Positions 15,701 to 23,495 of a stretch of DNA of 32,000 nt are shown here, in pieces. How positions within the stretch are numbered: the first letter of the stretch is position 1; every line of letters begins with the position of its first letter. Below the pieces are notes generated by a model, which had not been told where the DNA came from, made no database searches, and saw only the letters and a list, made by a program, of their open reading frames with translations. Both the position numbers and the translations under genes were made by a program. The DNA lies in contig OZ244887.1 of the NCBI GenBank assembly GCA_965221415.1, positions 381,672-413,671 on the forward strand. The letters are read 5' to 3'. Source of the DNA: Parvibaculaceae bacterium. Its GTDB lineage: Bacteria; Pseudomonadota; Alphaproteobacteria; RS24.

Positions 15701-16582
15701 CCGATGTTGGCAGCTTTTGCCGCACCGTGGCCGTCGCGTGTCGCGGTGCGCTTTGGCGATGGTCAACAGCTTTATGTGAACGCGCCGAGCCAGATTGGTA
15801 AAACATTGTCGCGGTTGGATAGCGGGGCGGTCGGGCGATGGTCGCGGGGGGCGCATCTGGATATTGAACTCTATGGCGGTGCTTTGGCGAGCATGTCCGA
15901 GATACAAATATTGAACGGGGCTAATCGACTGGCGATTGAAACGGCGGCGGGGTGGGAGATTATCCAATTTGCCCGTGCCGAGCTTATTGGTGAGCGGCGT
16001 TATCGCATATCGGATTTTCTGCGCGGACAATTTGGCAGCGATGCAGTGATGGTCGATAGCCTTGCTAAAGATGCGCGTGTGGTGGTGTTGAGCGGTGCGC
16101 AAACGCCGCTTGGGGCAGACCCAGCAGCGTTGTCGTCGCAAATGAGTTTGCGCTACGGGCCGAGCGATTTACCGCATGATGGCTATAGTTGGCAGAACCT
16201 TGTGGTGACGCCGCAGCGCATTGGTTTGCGATGCTTGTCGCCAGTGCATCTTGGCTGCACCAAGCCCGATGGTGTATCGGGGGCGTGGCGATTGGATTGG
16301 ATACGCCGCAGTCGCCTTGGGGGCGATGATTTCGAAGCGCTAGAAATCCCGCTTGGTGAAACCAGCGAGGCTTATCAGCTGATTATCCGTGCGGATACCA
16401 CAGAGGTGGCACGCCATCGGCTTACGGAATCGCATTTTAGTCTGACGGCACAAGCCCGCCGCGATTATCTGGCGGCAGAGCCAGATGCGCAGCGTTGGCA
16501 CATTGAGGTCGCACAATTTAATTCAATTGGCATGGCGGGTGTGGCGACACATCTTGACCTGCCGCACTTTATGGAAGGCTGA
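12770..16582 (+). CDS. GTA host-specificity/megatron protein (g15; GTA TIM-barrel-like plus phage-tail_3 domains)
   Basis: About 1270 aa. The conserved PITRVYGRMRIGGQIIW motif sits near the N-terminus, and size and terminal position match RcGTA g15. The start is set at the ATG at 12770 (MSDIFSGGG), giving an 8-nt overlap with g14. The track ORF begins at 12731. Confidence 0.92.
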   Translation: MSDIFSGGGDGGDGGGGFDWLQLALYAATQSNQPDAPIREGRRLTNLQLLTARPGHPITRVYGRMRIGGQIIWRSKVREHVSESGGDDGDKGGGGSATPRQRNYRYTLHLAVGLCEGPISHIGRVWADGKPLDTTQMNMHLHCGETDASADSLIEGAMGVDATPAFRGLAYVVLRDFDISRFGNRVPQMSFEVFRAVSEEVSPTKAVCLLPGASEFAYHPEPHIQVIGIGRGRSENLNTHAGQSDWDISIDQLQQAHPQCQRVALVVAWFGTDLRAAECRILPKVDNKSKHTLPTQWHVAGLNRGDAERVSEIDGRPSFGGTPSDGAVVAAIRDLHARGFEVLFYPFIMMDIAPDNELPQPHNGAQGQPAFPWRGRITRDASDQSASAREQVRRFVEGRSSNDAFCLAGMVRHYAELCARAGGVEAFLIASELPGLSRMHDGGDYPFAGYLRTLAAEVRAKLPDSKISYAADWSEYGAHAMPDGDVGFPLDAFWADDNCDFIGIDNYLPLADWRDGPDHLDAQPSKDGSISGLDIYDADYLQANVRGGEYFDWYYKTAADRATQTRTPITDGHDEAWVFRAKDLHGWWANAHHTRRQHQRGAATSWTPKMKPIWFTELGCPAVDKGANQPNVFPDTRSSEGAIPHFSNGARDDQMQSAYLAAMIDFYEKPENNPQAQTYGASMVAIDQSYIWAWDARPFPSFPFRLDVWSDGRNWHTGHWLNGRYASAPLTPLLRSLAGGNLLTHDISGVVDGYALRGVTTAADDMLPLLRAFAIDAMAGQSHMRLQGRANRPVRAIDDDDILARANGASSLVHGVTAADKLPRRFDVHYLDAEGDYGAAHVSARHEAGEQPVAQLNLPVAMSGAMAARLAARLLYEARGQSETISLRLPPSYLDMEIGDIIRLTEVLWRVTEITYGTVLEVQAQRFQSGLYGAYASASGSASLPETVGQVAFPAMYWLDLPAPALRYQAPAGAAGVPMLAAFAAPWPSRVAVRFGDGQQLYVNAPSQIGKTLSRLDSGAVGRWSRGAHLDIELYGGALASMSEIQILNGANRLAIETAAGWEIIQFARAELIGERRYRISDFLRGQFGSDAVMVDSLAKDARVVVLSGAQTPLGADPAALSSQMSLRYGPSDLPHDGYSWQNLVVTPQRIGLRCLSPVHLGCTKPDGVSGAWRLDWIRRSRLGGDDFEALEIPLGETSEAYQLIIRADTTEVARHRLTESHFSLTAQARRDYLAAEPDAQRWHIEVAQFNSIGMAGVATHLDLPHFMEG

Positions 16583-16587
16583 CACAC

Positions 16588-17268
16588 ATGACGCAAACTC
16601 CACATTTGGCACTTGATTATCTGCAACCCGAACAGGCGCAGAAGCACGTCACGATTAATGACGCGCTGCGGCGTTTGGATGGGTTGGTGCAATTGAGTAT
16701 TATCGACCGAACACATGCCACGCCGCCGACTGAGCCTGAAAATGGCGCGCGTTATATCGTCGCCGCATCGCCGACGGATGCGTGGGCGGATGAGGCGGGT
16801 AAGCTTGCGCTTTTTGAAGATACCGCTTGGCATTTTTTCGCGCCGCAAAAAGGTTGGCGCATATGGGACGAGGCGACGGCGGAGTTGTTGGTTTATAATG
16901 GCACGGATTGGCAATCTGTGGGGGCGGGCGGTGCGTCTTATTTTGGCACGGTAAAGCAGCTTGTCGCGTTTCCCAACCCGACGTTTTTGACGATTCCTTC
17001 GCATGTTACTTTGCTCGGTGTTGCGGCGACCATTGTGACGCCGATTGAGGGGGTTCAGAGTTGGTCGCTGGGGGTTGCGGATAGCCTGACGCAGTTTGGT
17101 AATAATTTGCCGTTGACGACAGATAGCGAGATTATTGGCCCGACGACTCCGCAAGTTCTGTGGCAAAACACGCCCGTGGTGATGACTCCAAGCGGTGGTG
17201 CGTTTACGGCTGGGCAGGTGGTTGTGGCGGCTTATTATATAAAGCTCCCAATGCCCGAAATCGACTAG
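16588..17268 (+). CDS. DUF2793 domain protein (GTA-associated, possible fibre or receptor-binding component)
   Basis: 226 aa. The N-terminus TPHLALDYLQPEQAQKHVTINDALRRLDGLV matches the DUF2793 signature as I recall it. It starts 5 nt after the g15 stop on the same strand, with GGAAGG upstream. Confidence 0.75.
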   Translation: MTQTPHLALDYLQPEQAQKHVTINDALRRLDGLVQLSIIDRTHATPPTEPENGARYIVAASPTDAWADEAGKLALFEDTAWHFFAPQKGWRIWDEATAELLVYNGTDWQSVGAGGASYFGTVKQLVAFPNPTFLTIPSHVTLLGVAATIVTPIEGVQSWSLGVADSLTQFGNNLPLTTDSEIIGPTTPQVLWQNTPVVMTPSGGAFTAGQVVVAAYYIKLPMPEID

Positions 17269-17324
17269 TTGTTTTTCTAGCCGCTAGGGTGTGATATGGT
17301 GCCTGAAATTTTCGGGAGATAATC

Positions 17325-18020
17325 ATGTCACGACTTACCACGAGCTCACCTACTGTTAGCGATGCCACCCATACGCGGTTTTCTTGCCGCGCTTTTCTTG
17401 ATACGCCCGTTGCGCAAGAAGACGTTGAATATATTGTCAACACGGCGACGCGTGCGCCTTCGGGTGGCAATTTGCAGCCTTGGCATATTTATGTTTTACA
17501 AGGCGCACCGCGCGATGCGCTGGTGCAGACCATCGCGGAAAAGGGTATGGAAATGCCCGCTGGCGAAGGTTCTGAATACCATATTTACCCTCCTAAACTA
17601 AAATCCCCCTATACTGACCGCCGATTTGACCTCGGCGAGAAAATGTTTGAATCGATGGGTGTCGCGCGCGATGACAAAGTCGCGCGACGCTCTTGGTTGG
17701 CGAATAATTTTACCTTTTTTAATGCGCCAGTTGGCATGTTCTTTGCGCTTGATAAACAAATGCAAGAAGGCCAATGGTCGGATATGGGTATGCTCATCCA
17801 AACCATAATGCTATTGGCACGCGAGCGTGGCCTGCATAGTTGCCCGCAAGAAGCATGGGCGATTTGGGCGCCCACGGTAAAGCAGCATCTCGATATTCCA
17901 GACCATATGACGTTGTTTTGTGGCCTTGCGTTGGGGCATGCTGACCCCGATGCGCCAGTCAATACATTGGAAAGCCCACGCGCTCCGATGGATGAAGTGG
18001 TCACTTATTTGGGCTTTTAA
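17325..18020 (+). CDS. nitroreductase family protein
   Basis: 231 aa with a GGGAG RBS. THTRFSCRAF, RAPSGGNLQPW and the C-terminal GLALG region fit the FMN-dependent nitroreductase fold family. Confidence 0.85.
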   Translation: MSRLTTSSPTVSDATHTRFSCRAFLDTPVAQEDVEYIVNTATRAPSGGNLQPWHIYVLQGAPRDALVQTIAEKGMEMPAGEGSEYHIYPPKLKSPYTDRRFDLGEKMFESMGVARDDKVARRSWLANNFTFFNAPVGMFFALDKQMQEGQWSDMGMLIQTIMLLARERGLHSCPQEAWAIWAPTVKQHLDIPDHMTLFCGLALGHADPDAPVNTLESPRAPMDEVVTYLGF

Positions 18021-18022
18021 GA

Positions 18023-18655
18023 GTGTTCGCCTTAGCTGTTTTTTGGACGCTGACGGCCTTGGTCGCTTTTGGCGTGGCTTATGTGGTCGGTGCGCCTTTG
18101 CGTGTATCGGGGGCGCGTCAGATGCTTGCGGTGCTTGTCGGCGTGCCGCTTATCAGCCTTGGCGTATATGTATATCTTGGCAATCCCGATACGCCAGATT
18201 ATCCCCTAGACCCGCGCCTTAGCGGTACGCTGGAGGCCTTGCCGCCAGCAGCGATTTTAGCGCGTTTAGAAAACCGATTGCGCGACCACCCCGATGATAT
18301 TGAAGGATGGCGCTTGTTGGCACGATTGCGTGTGAGTGTAAGCCAGCACGTGCAAGCGGGGGATGCGTGGCAGCGCGTGCTTGATTTAGCGCCTGCTGAT
18401 GCGGAAGCGCAGCTTGGATTGGCGCAAGCTTTTATCGAGCAAAACGATGGCGTGGTGAATGAGGCGGCGGTGGGGTTGCTTGATGGGGTTTTGAGGGTCG
18501 CGCCAGATAATATGGTGGCGCAATTTTGGCGTGCCGAGGCGTGGGCGCAGCAGGGCGATGACAGCAAGGCGCGGGTTTTATGGCGAGCGTTGCGCGATAA
18601 GCTGCCCGATGCTGCGCCTTTAGGCAAAGCGCTTGATGCGCGTCTTGCGCGATAA
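18023..18655 (+). CDS. ccmI: c-type cytochrome biogenesis protein CcmI (short form)
   Basis: 210 aa with a GTG start 2 nt after the nitroreductase stop. It has two N-terminal TM helices followed by a TPR-like region (WRLLARLRV...AWQRVLDLAPADAEAQLGLAQAF). It sits directly upstream of ccmE-ccmF-ccmH. Confidence 0.75.
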   Translation: MFALAVFWTLTALVAFGVAYVVGAPLRVSGARQMLAVLVGVPLISLGVYVYLGNPDTPDYPLDPRLSGTLEALPPAAILARLENRLRDHPDDIEGWRLLARLRVSVSQHVQAGDAWQRVLDLAPADAEAQLGLAQAFIEQNDGVVNEAAVGLLDGVLRVAPDNMVAQFWRAEAWAQQGDDSKARVLWRALRDKLPDAAPLGKALDARLAR

Positions 18656-18696
18656 TTCATGGTTAAGCTGTGGCGGAAAAGGGGTATAAGGGGCGC

Positions 18697-19131
18697 ATGA
18701 CCGCAAAACAAACCCGTCTTATCGCTATTCTTACTGGGCTTGCTTTTTTAGCTGCGGCGGCGGGTTTGGCGCTCACCGCGCTTGAGGACAATATTGTGTT
18801 TTTTCGTGCGCCTAGCGAGTTAGCCGCAAAGCCTGCGCCCGTCGGTGAAGTGCTGCGCATTGGCGGTCTGGTGCGCGAAGGCACTGTTCAGCGCGACGGG
18901 TTGCGGGCGGTGTTTCAGGTGACTGATTTAGCGCACCATATCGATGTGCGCTATGAGGGCATGTTGCCCGATTTATTCCGCGAAGGCCAAGGCGTTGTGG
19001 CCGAAGGACGTTTCGATGGCAGCGGTCTGTTTATCGCCGATACAATATTGGCCAAACATGACGAAACGTACATGCCGCCTGAAGTCGCCGAGGCACTAGA
19101 AAAATCTGGCAAATATAGAGGCAATCAATGA
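18697..19131 (+). CDS. ccmE: cytochrome c maturation heme chaperone CcmE
   Basis: Single TM anchor, an OB-fold body and the heme-binding His motif AKHDETYMPPEV. The ATG at 18697 is preceded by AAGGGG. The track ORF starts at GTG 18670. Confidence 0.92.
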   Translation: MTAKQTRLIAILTGLAFLAAAAGLALTALEDNIVFFRAPSELAAKPAPVGEVLRIGGLVREGTVQRDGLRAVFQVTDLAHHIDVRYEGMLPDLFREGQGVVAEGRFDGSGLFIADTILAKHDETYMPPEVAEALEKSGKYRGNQ

Positions 19132-21050
19132 TTGCCGAGCTTGGTCACTTTGTTTTGGTGCTGGCGCTGAGCGTTGCGCTGGTGCAGGCGATGATGCCGC
19201 TTTATGCGATGCAGCGTGCGGAAAATGCCGCCCTAGCTATAGCGCGGCGCGCCTCGATAGCGCAATTTGCTTTGTTGCTATTGGCCTTTGGGGCGTTGAG
19301 TTATAGCTTTGTGCGGTCTGATTTTTCTCTGCTTGTGGTCGCCACCAATAGCCATGCGGCCAAGCCGATGATTTATAAAATCGCGGGTGTGTGGGGAAAT
19401 CACGAGGGGTCTATGCTGCTATGGACACTGATACTGGCGGCGTATGGCGCAGCTTTTGCGTTGCACGCCAGAAATCTGCCGGCGCGCTTTTCGACTTTTA
19501 TTATGGTGACGCAAGGCTGGGTGGGGGTTGCTTTTCTGGCCTTTCTTTTATTTACCTCCAATCCATTTGCTCGACTTTTGCCTGCGCCATTTGTGGGTCA
19601 GGGGCTGACGCCGATTTTGCAGGATCCCGCTTTGGCGGTGCATCCGCCTTTGCTATATGCGGGTTATGTTGGCTTTTCGATGAGCTTTGCGTTTGCCATC
19701 GCGGCTTTATCGACCGATGAGCGTGGCGTGGATTGGGCGCGTTGGATGCGACCATGGATTCTGACCGCGTGGATTTTTCTTACATTGGGCATCGCGCTTG
19801 GATCTTTTTGGGCTTATTACGAGCTTGGCTGGGGTGGTTTCTGGTTTTGGGATCCGGTGGAAAATGCCTCGCTTATGCCATGGCTATCGGGGACGGCTTT
19901 GCTGCATTCTGCGTTGATTGCTGAAAAGCGCGATACGCTTAAGCGGTGGACATTGCTGCTGAGTATTATCACTTTTGCGCTGTCGCTTTCGGGTACTTTT
20001 TTGGTGCGCTCGGGCGTGTTGACATCGGTGCATGCGTTTGCCAATGACCCAGAACGCGGGGTTTTCATTCTGGCGATATTGGTTGGATTTACGTTTGTTG
20101 GTTTGGCGCTTTATGCGTACCGCTTGCCGCAGCTTGAACCAGAGGGTGCGTTTCGCCCGATGAGTCGCGAAGGGCTGCTCTTGGTCAATAATATTTTTCT
20201 GGCGACGGCGACGGTCACGGTTTTTGTTGGCACGATTTACCCGCTTGCATTGGATGCGTTGGGCATGGGTAAAATCTCGGTTGGCGCGCCTTATTTCAAC
20301 GCGGTATTCGCGCCGCTTATTGTGCCATTTGCGATAGTGCTGCCACTGGGACCCTTGCTTAATTGGCGTGAGGCGACGTTGCTGCCTGTGTGGCGACAAT
20401 TGAGTATCGGCGCAGGCGTCGCGATTTGTGCGACGGCATTGATTGTGCTTTTGCGTCAGCCTGTTTCGGCGATGGTGATGATTTTATTCTCGGTGGCTTT
20501 TTGGGTGGTGTTTGGCGCGATGCTCGATTTGGGGCGCAAGCTGATGCCGTATCGCACGCATTTGATGCGGGTGTGGGAGTTGCCTGCGGCGGTATTTGCC
20601 GCGCCTTTGGCACATGCGGGGCTTGGGGTTATGTTGCTTGGTATTTTGGCTGCGACGCAATGGCGTGAAGAAATTGTGGTTGCTGCCAGTCCGGGGCAGC
20701 AAATTGATATTGCGGGTTTTACGTTGCGCTATGATGGGGTGCGCGATTTTGCGGGGCCGAATTATCGTGCCGAACGCGCTCGGTTGGTTTTCCTTAATGG
20801 TCGCCATGAGGGCGATTTTCTCTTTCCTGAGCGGCGGTTTTACGATGCCGAGCGTGCGCAAACCACCGAAGCGGCGATTACCACAGATTTGACGGGTCAT
20901 CTTTATACGGTTGTTGGGGAGACAGCGAATGATAAGCGCGTGCTGCGGATTTGGTATCATCCGTTTGTGGCGTTTATCTGGGTGGGGGCTTTGATGATGG
21001 CGCTCGGGGGCAGTTTTGCGCTGCGTGATAGATGGAAGCGGGGTGTGTGA
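19128..21050 (+). CDS. ccmF: heme lyase CcmF
   Basis: 640-aa polytopic membrane protein with the WWD motif WGGFWFWDPVENASLMPW. ATGA overlap with ccmE. Confidence 0.95.
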   Translation: MIAELGHFVLVLALSVALVQAMMPLYAMQRAENAALAIARRASIAQFALLLLAFGALSYSFVRSDFSLLVVATNSHAAKPMIYKIAGVWGNHEGSMLLWTLILAAYGAAFALHARNLPARFSTFIMVTQGWVGVAFLAFLLFTSNPFARLLPAPFVGQGLTPILQDPALAVHPPLLYAGYVGFSMSFAFAIAALSTDERGVDWARWMRPWILTAWIFLTLGIALGSFWAYYELGWGGFWFWDPVENASLMPWLSGTALLHSALIAEKRDTLKRWTLLLSIITFALSLSGTFLVRSGVLTSVHAFANDPERGVFILAILVGFTFVGLALYAYRLPQLEPEGAFRPMSREGLLLVNNIFLATATVTVFVGTIYPLALDALGMGKISVGAPYFNAVFAPLIVPFAIVLPLGPLLNWREATLLPVWRQLSIGAGVAICATALIVLLRQPVSAMVMILFSVAFWVVFGAMLDLGRKLMPYRTHLMRVWELPAAVFAAPLAHAGLGVMLLGILAATQWREEIVVAASPGQQIDIAGFTLRYDGVRDFAGPNYRAERARLVFLNGRHEGDFLFPERRFYDAERAQTTEAAITTDLTGHLYTVVGETANDKRVLRIWYHPFVAFIWVGALMMALGGSFALRDRWKRGV

Positions 21051-21445
21051 TGGTGCGCGTTTTGGTTTTGGTATTGCTTATTATTACGCCGGCTTTGGCG
21101 CTTGACCCGGGCGAGGCATTATCCGACCCGCAACTTGAGGCTCGTGCGCGGGCGTTGAGTCAGGAGCTGCGATGTCTGGTCTGCCAAAATCAATCGATTG
21201 ATGATAGCGATGCGCCGTTAGCGCGAGATTTGCGGGCGATGGTGCGTGCGCGTCTTGTTGCGGGTGATAGCGATGCAGATATTCGCGCGGCGGTGGTGGC
21301 GCGTTATGGCGAGTTTGCTTTGTTTCGTCCACGGATTGCGCCGCATACGGCACTGCTTTGGGCGATGCCAATTCTTATTATGCTGCTTGGCGGTTGGTTG
21401 GGGTTACGTTTAATACGTCAAAAGGCTTCAACCCCGCCGCAATAA
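21050..21445 (+). CDS. ccmH: cytochrome c-type biogenesis protein CcmH
   Basis: Signal/TM segment followed by the LRCLVCQNQSIDDSDAPLA thiol-redox motif and a C-terminal TM. The ATG at 21050 forms a TGATG overlap with ccmF. The track ORF starts at 21032. Confidence 0.9.
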   Translation: MVRVLVLVLLIITPALALDPGEALSDPQLEARARALSQELRCLVCQNQSIDDSDAPLARDLRAMVRARLVAGDSDADIRAAVVARYGEFALFRPRIAPHTALLWAMPILIMLLGGWLGLRLIRQKASTPPQ

Positions 21446-21461
21446 AAGCTAACCTGAGCGC

Positions 21462-22151
21462 ATGGGAACTGCTTTACGCCTTTTACTGGTCGAGGACGAC
21501 GTTAAATCTGCCGCTTTATTGGTCGACCGATTCCGCGCGGATGGCGTTGATATTACGCACGCGGCGAATGGGTCGCTTGGCCTTGAGGCGGCGCAAGCTG
21601 CGATGTTTGATGTGCTTATTGTAGACCGTATGATGCCGCAGATGGATGGGCTGGATATGGTTGCGCGATTGCGTGCGGGCGGTGACCAGACGCCGGTGTT
21701 GTTTCTTTCGGCGATGGGTGAGGTGGAAGACCGCGTCGATGGATTTGGTGCGGGCGGCGATGATTATTTGGTCAAGCCGTATGCTTTTGCTGAATTGCAA
21801 GCGCGTGTGACGGCGTTGGCGCGGCGCAGTAGCCATGCGCCTGAGACGGTTTTGCAACTGGCGGATTTAACCCTTGATGTTGTGGCACGCACGGCGGTGC
21901 GGGATGGGAAAAGGCTTGAGTTAAACCCGCGTGAGTTTAGCTTGCTCGAATATCTTCTGCGCCGCAAAGGGCAGGTGGCGACACGCGCTATGTTGCTTGA
22001 AAATGTATGGCATTATCGCGCCGATATGCAGACCAATGTGGTGGATGTGCATATTTCTCGGCTACGCGCTAAGCTAGATAAGGGCTTTGATAAGCCACTC
22101 GTGCATACGCTGCGCGGGCAGGGGTTTTCGCTTAAAGAGACAGATAAATGA
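21462..22151 (+). CDS. OmpR-family two-component response regulator
   Basis: Receiver domain (LLLVEDD, phospho-acceptor context LIVDRMMPQMDG, VKPY) plus a winged-helix output domain (LSLLEYLLRRKGQV..., VDVHISRLRAKL). Confidence 0.92.
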   Translation: MGTALRLLLVEDDVKSAALLVDRFRADGVDITHAANGSLGLEAAQAAMFDVLIVDRMMPQMDGLDMVARLRAGGDQTPVLFLSAMGEVEDRVDGFGAGGDDYLVKPYAFAELQARVTALARRSSHAPETVLQLADLTLDVVARTAVRDGKRLELNPREFSLLEYLLRRKGQVATRAMLLENVWHYRADMQTNVVDVHISRLRAKLDKGFDKPLVHTLRGQGFSLKETDK

Positions 22152-23494
22152 GGCTGCTACGCGCCACATCTTTTCGTTCTGCGCTTGCCTATACGTTTGT
22201 TCTCGTGGCGGCGGTCGCACTGGTGTTGGGGGTTTTATACACGCAGCTGCAAACGCGTTTGATGGACATGCAAGACGCTCTGGTTTGGCGCGAAACCGCT
22301 AGCCTATCGCGTATCTATGAAACACAAGGTGCTAAGGCTTTGGCAGAAGCAGTGAATAGCGAGCAGGGCATTGTTGTGCGTGCCTCGACCAGTTTAGGAT
22401 CTTATCTGGCAGGCAATTTGCAACATTTTCCGTCGCCCGAAACGACGCAATCCGTCGCAGGCGGTTGGCTGCATTTTAGTCATCAAAACGATGACGGAAG
22501 CCATAAATTAGTGCGCGCACGGCTCGTGCGGCTAGATAGCGATTTGGTGCTGTTGGTTGGTTATGACAGGCACGATACAGAGGCTTTTCTTGCCAATATG
22601 TTGCGCTGGTTTGGCTTGGCACTGTTGGGGCTTACGGTGATAGGTCTGTCGGGGGCGGCGTGGTTGGCGTGGCGAAATCTGCGACGCGTGGCGGCGATGA
22701 ACGAAGATTTGCAACCCGTTATGGATGGGCAATTAACCAGTCGCTTGGTTGCGCGTGGTGGCGATGAATGGGCGTTGATGGCGCAGCATATCAACACCAT
22801 GCTCAACCGCCTTGAAAGCCTGATGATGAATACGCGCCAAGTCAGTGATAATTTGGCGCATGATTTGCGCGCGCCTGTTACGCGGCTTAAAGCGCGCTTG
22901 GATGTTTTGCTCGAGCAAGCCGATGAGGGGGCGCGTGACCAGTTGGCGGATGCGCTCGATGATGTCGATGCGTTGCTGCGCAGCTTTACCGCTTTATTGA
23001 CATTGTCGCGCCTTGATAGCGGGGTCAGTCGATTGGTGCGCCAGCCGATTGATTTGCCAAATATGTGCGAGAGCTTGCACAATTTATTCGAGGTGGCTTT
23101 TGCTGACAAGCAAATGGAATTGCGTTTGCACATCACCGATACGGGGGCGCGTTTTATGGGCGATGAGGCGTTGCTAGTGCAAGCGATGGTCAATGTGTTG
23201 GAAAACGCGCTGACCCATGCGTGCGTCGCGGGCAGCACGGTCACTTTATCGTTGCATGGGCGCGATGGTGGCGTTGACTTATCATTGGCTGATGGCGGCG
23301 GAGGCATCGCGCCTGATAAATATGCCGAGGTGCAAAAACGATTTGTCCGCCTTGATGAAAGCCGTTCAGGCGAGGGCAATGGGCTGGGGCTGTCTTTGGT
23401 TGCGGCGATTTGTCAGCACCATGGCGGGACGCTGAGTTTGGCTGATAATGCGCCGGGTTTAATCGTTACATTGCAGCTTCCTAGCGAGGCCTGA
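22148..23494 (+). CDS. membrane sensor histidine kinase (HAMP-HisKA-HATPase)
   Basis: Two TM segments, H-box SDNLAHDLRAPVTRL, N-box NVLENALTH and G-boxes DGGGGI and GNGLGLSLV. ATGA overlap with the regulator gene. Confidence 0.92.
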   Translation: MRLLRATSFRSALAYTFVLVAAVALVLGVLYTQLQTRLMDMQDALVWRETASLSRIYETQGAKALAEAVNSEQGIVVRASTSLGSYLAGNLQHFPSPETTQSVAGGWLHFSHQNDDGSHKLVRARLVRLDSDLVLLVGYDRHDTEAFLANMLRWFGLALLGLTVIGLSGAAWLAWRNLRRVAAMNEDLQPVMDGQLTSRLVARGGDEWALMAQHINTMLNRLESLMMNTRQVSDNLAHDLRAPVTRLKARLDVLLEQADEGARDQLADALDDVDALLRSFTALLTLSRLDSGVSRLVRQPIDLPNMCESLHNLFEVAFADKQMELRLHITDTGARFMGDEALLVQAMVNVLENALTHACVAGSTVTLSLHGRDGGVDLSLADGGGGIAPDKYAEVQKRFVRLDESRSGEGNGLGLSLVAAICQHHGGTLSLADNAPGLIVTLQLPSEA

Positions 23495-23495
23495 T

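Larger units (their letters stand above)
3793..17268 (+). mobile_element. RcGTA-type gene transfer agent (domesticated phage-derived head-tail cluster; not self-mobile)
   Basis: 18 co-oriented ORFs colinear with Rhodobacter capsulatus RcGTA g1-g15: small terminase-like, TerL, portal, protease, capsid, adaptor, stopper, terminator, tube, two chaperones, tape measure, distal tail, hub, peptidase, megatron, then DUF2793. Most junctions are ATGA or TAATG overlaps. There are no integrase, repressor, replication or lysis genes, and housekeeping genes flank both sides. Confidence 0.9.

Noticed and set aside
3793-17268. Interpretation as an intact or cryptic integrated prophage.
   Set aside because: No integrase, excisionase, repressor/antirepressor, replication or lysis genes, or flanking direct repeats, are visible. 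The content is limited to head-tail morphogenesis in RcGTA order, and housekeeping genes abut both ends. A GTA call fits better.
21462-23494. Whether the response regulator/kinase pair is the CtrA/CckA GTA regulatory module.
   Set aside because: The regulator is OmpR-type, but its sequence does not resemble the highly conserved CtrA N-terminus. Its partner is a classical two-TM HAMP kinase rather than a hybrid CckA. Nothing in the sequence links it to the GTA.
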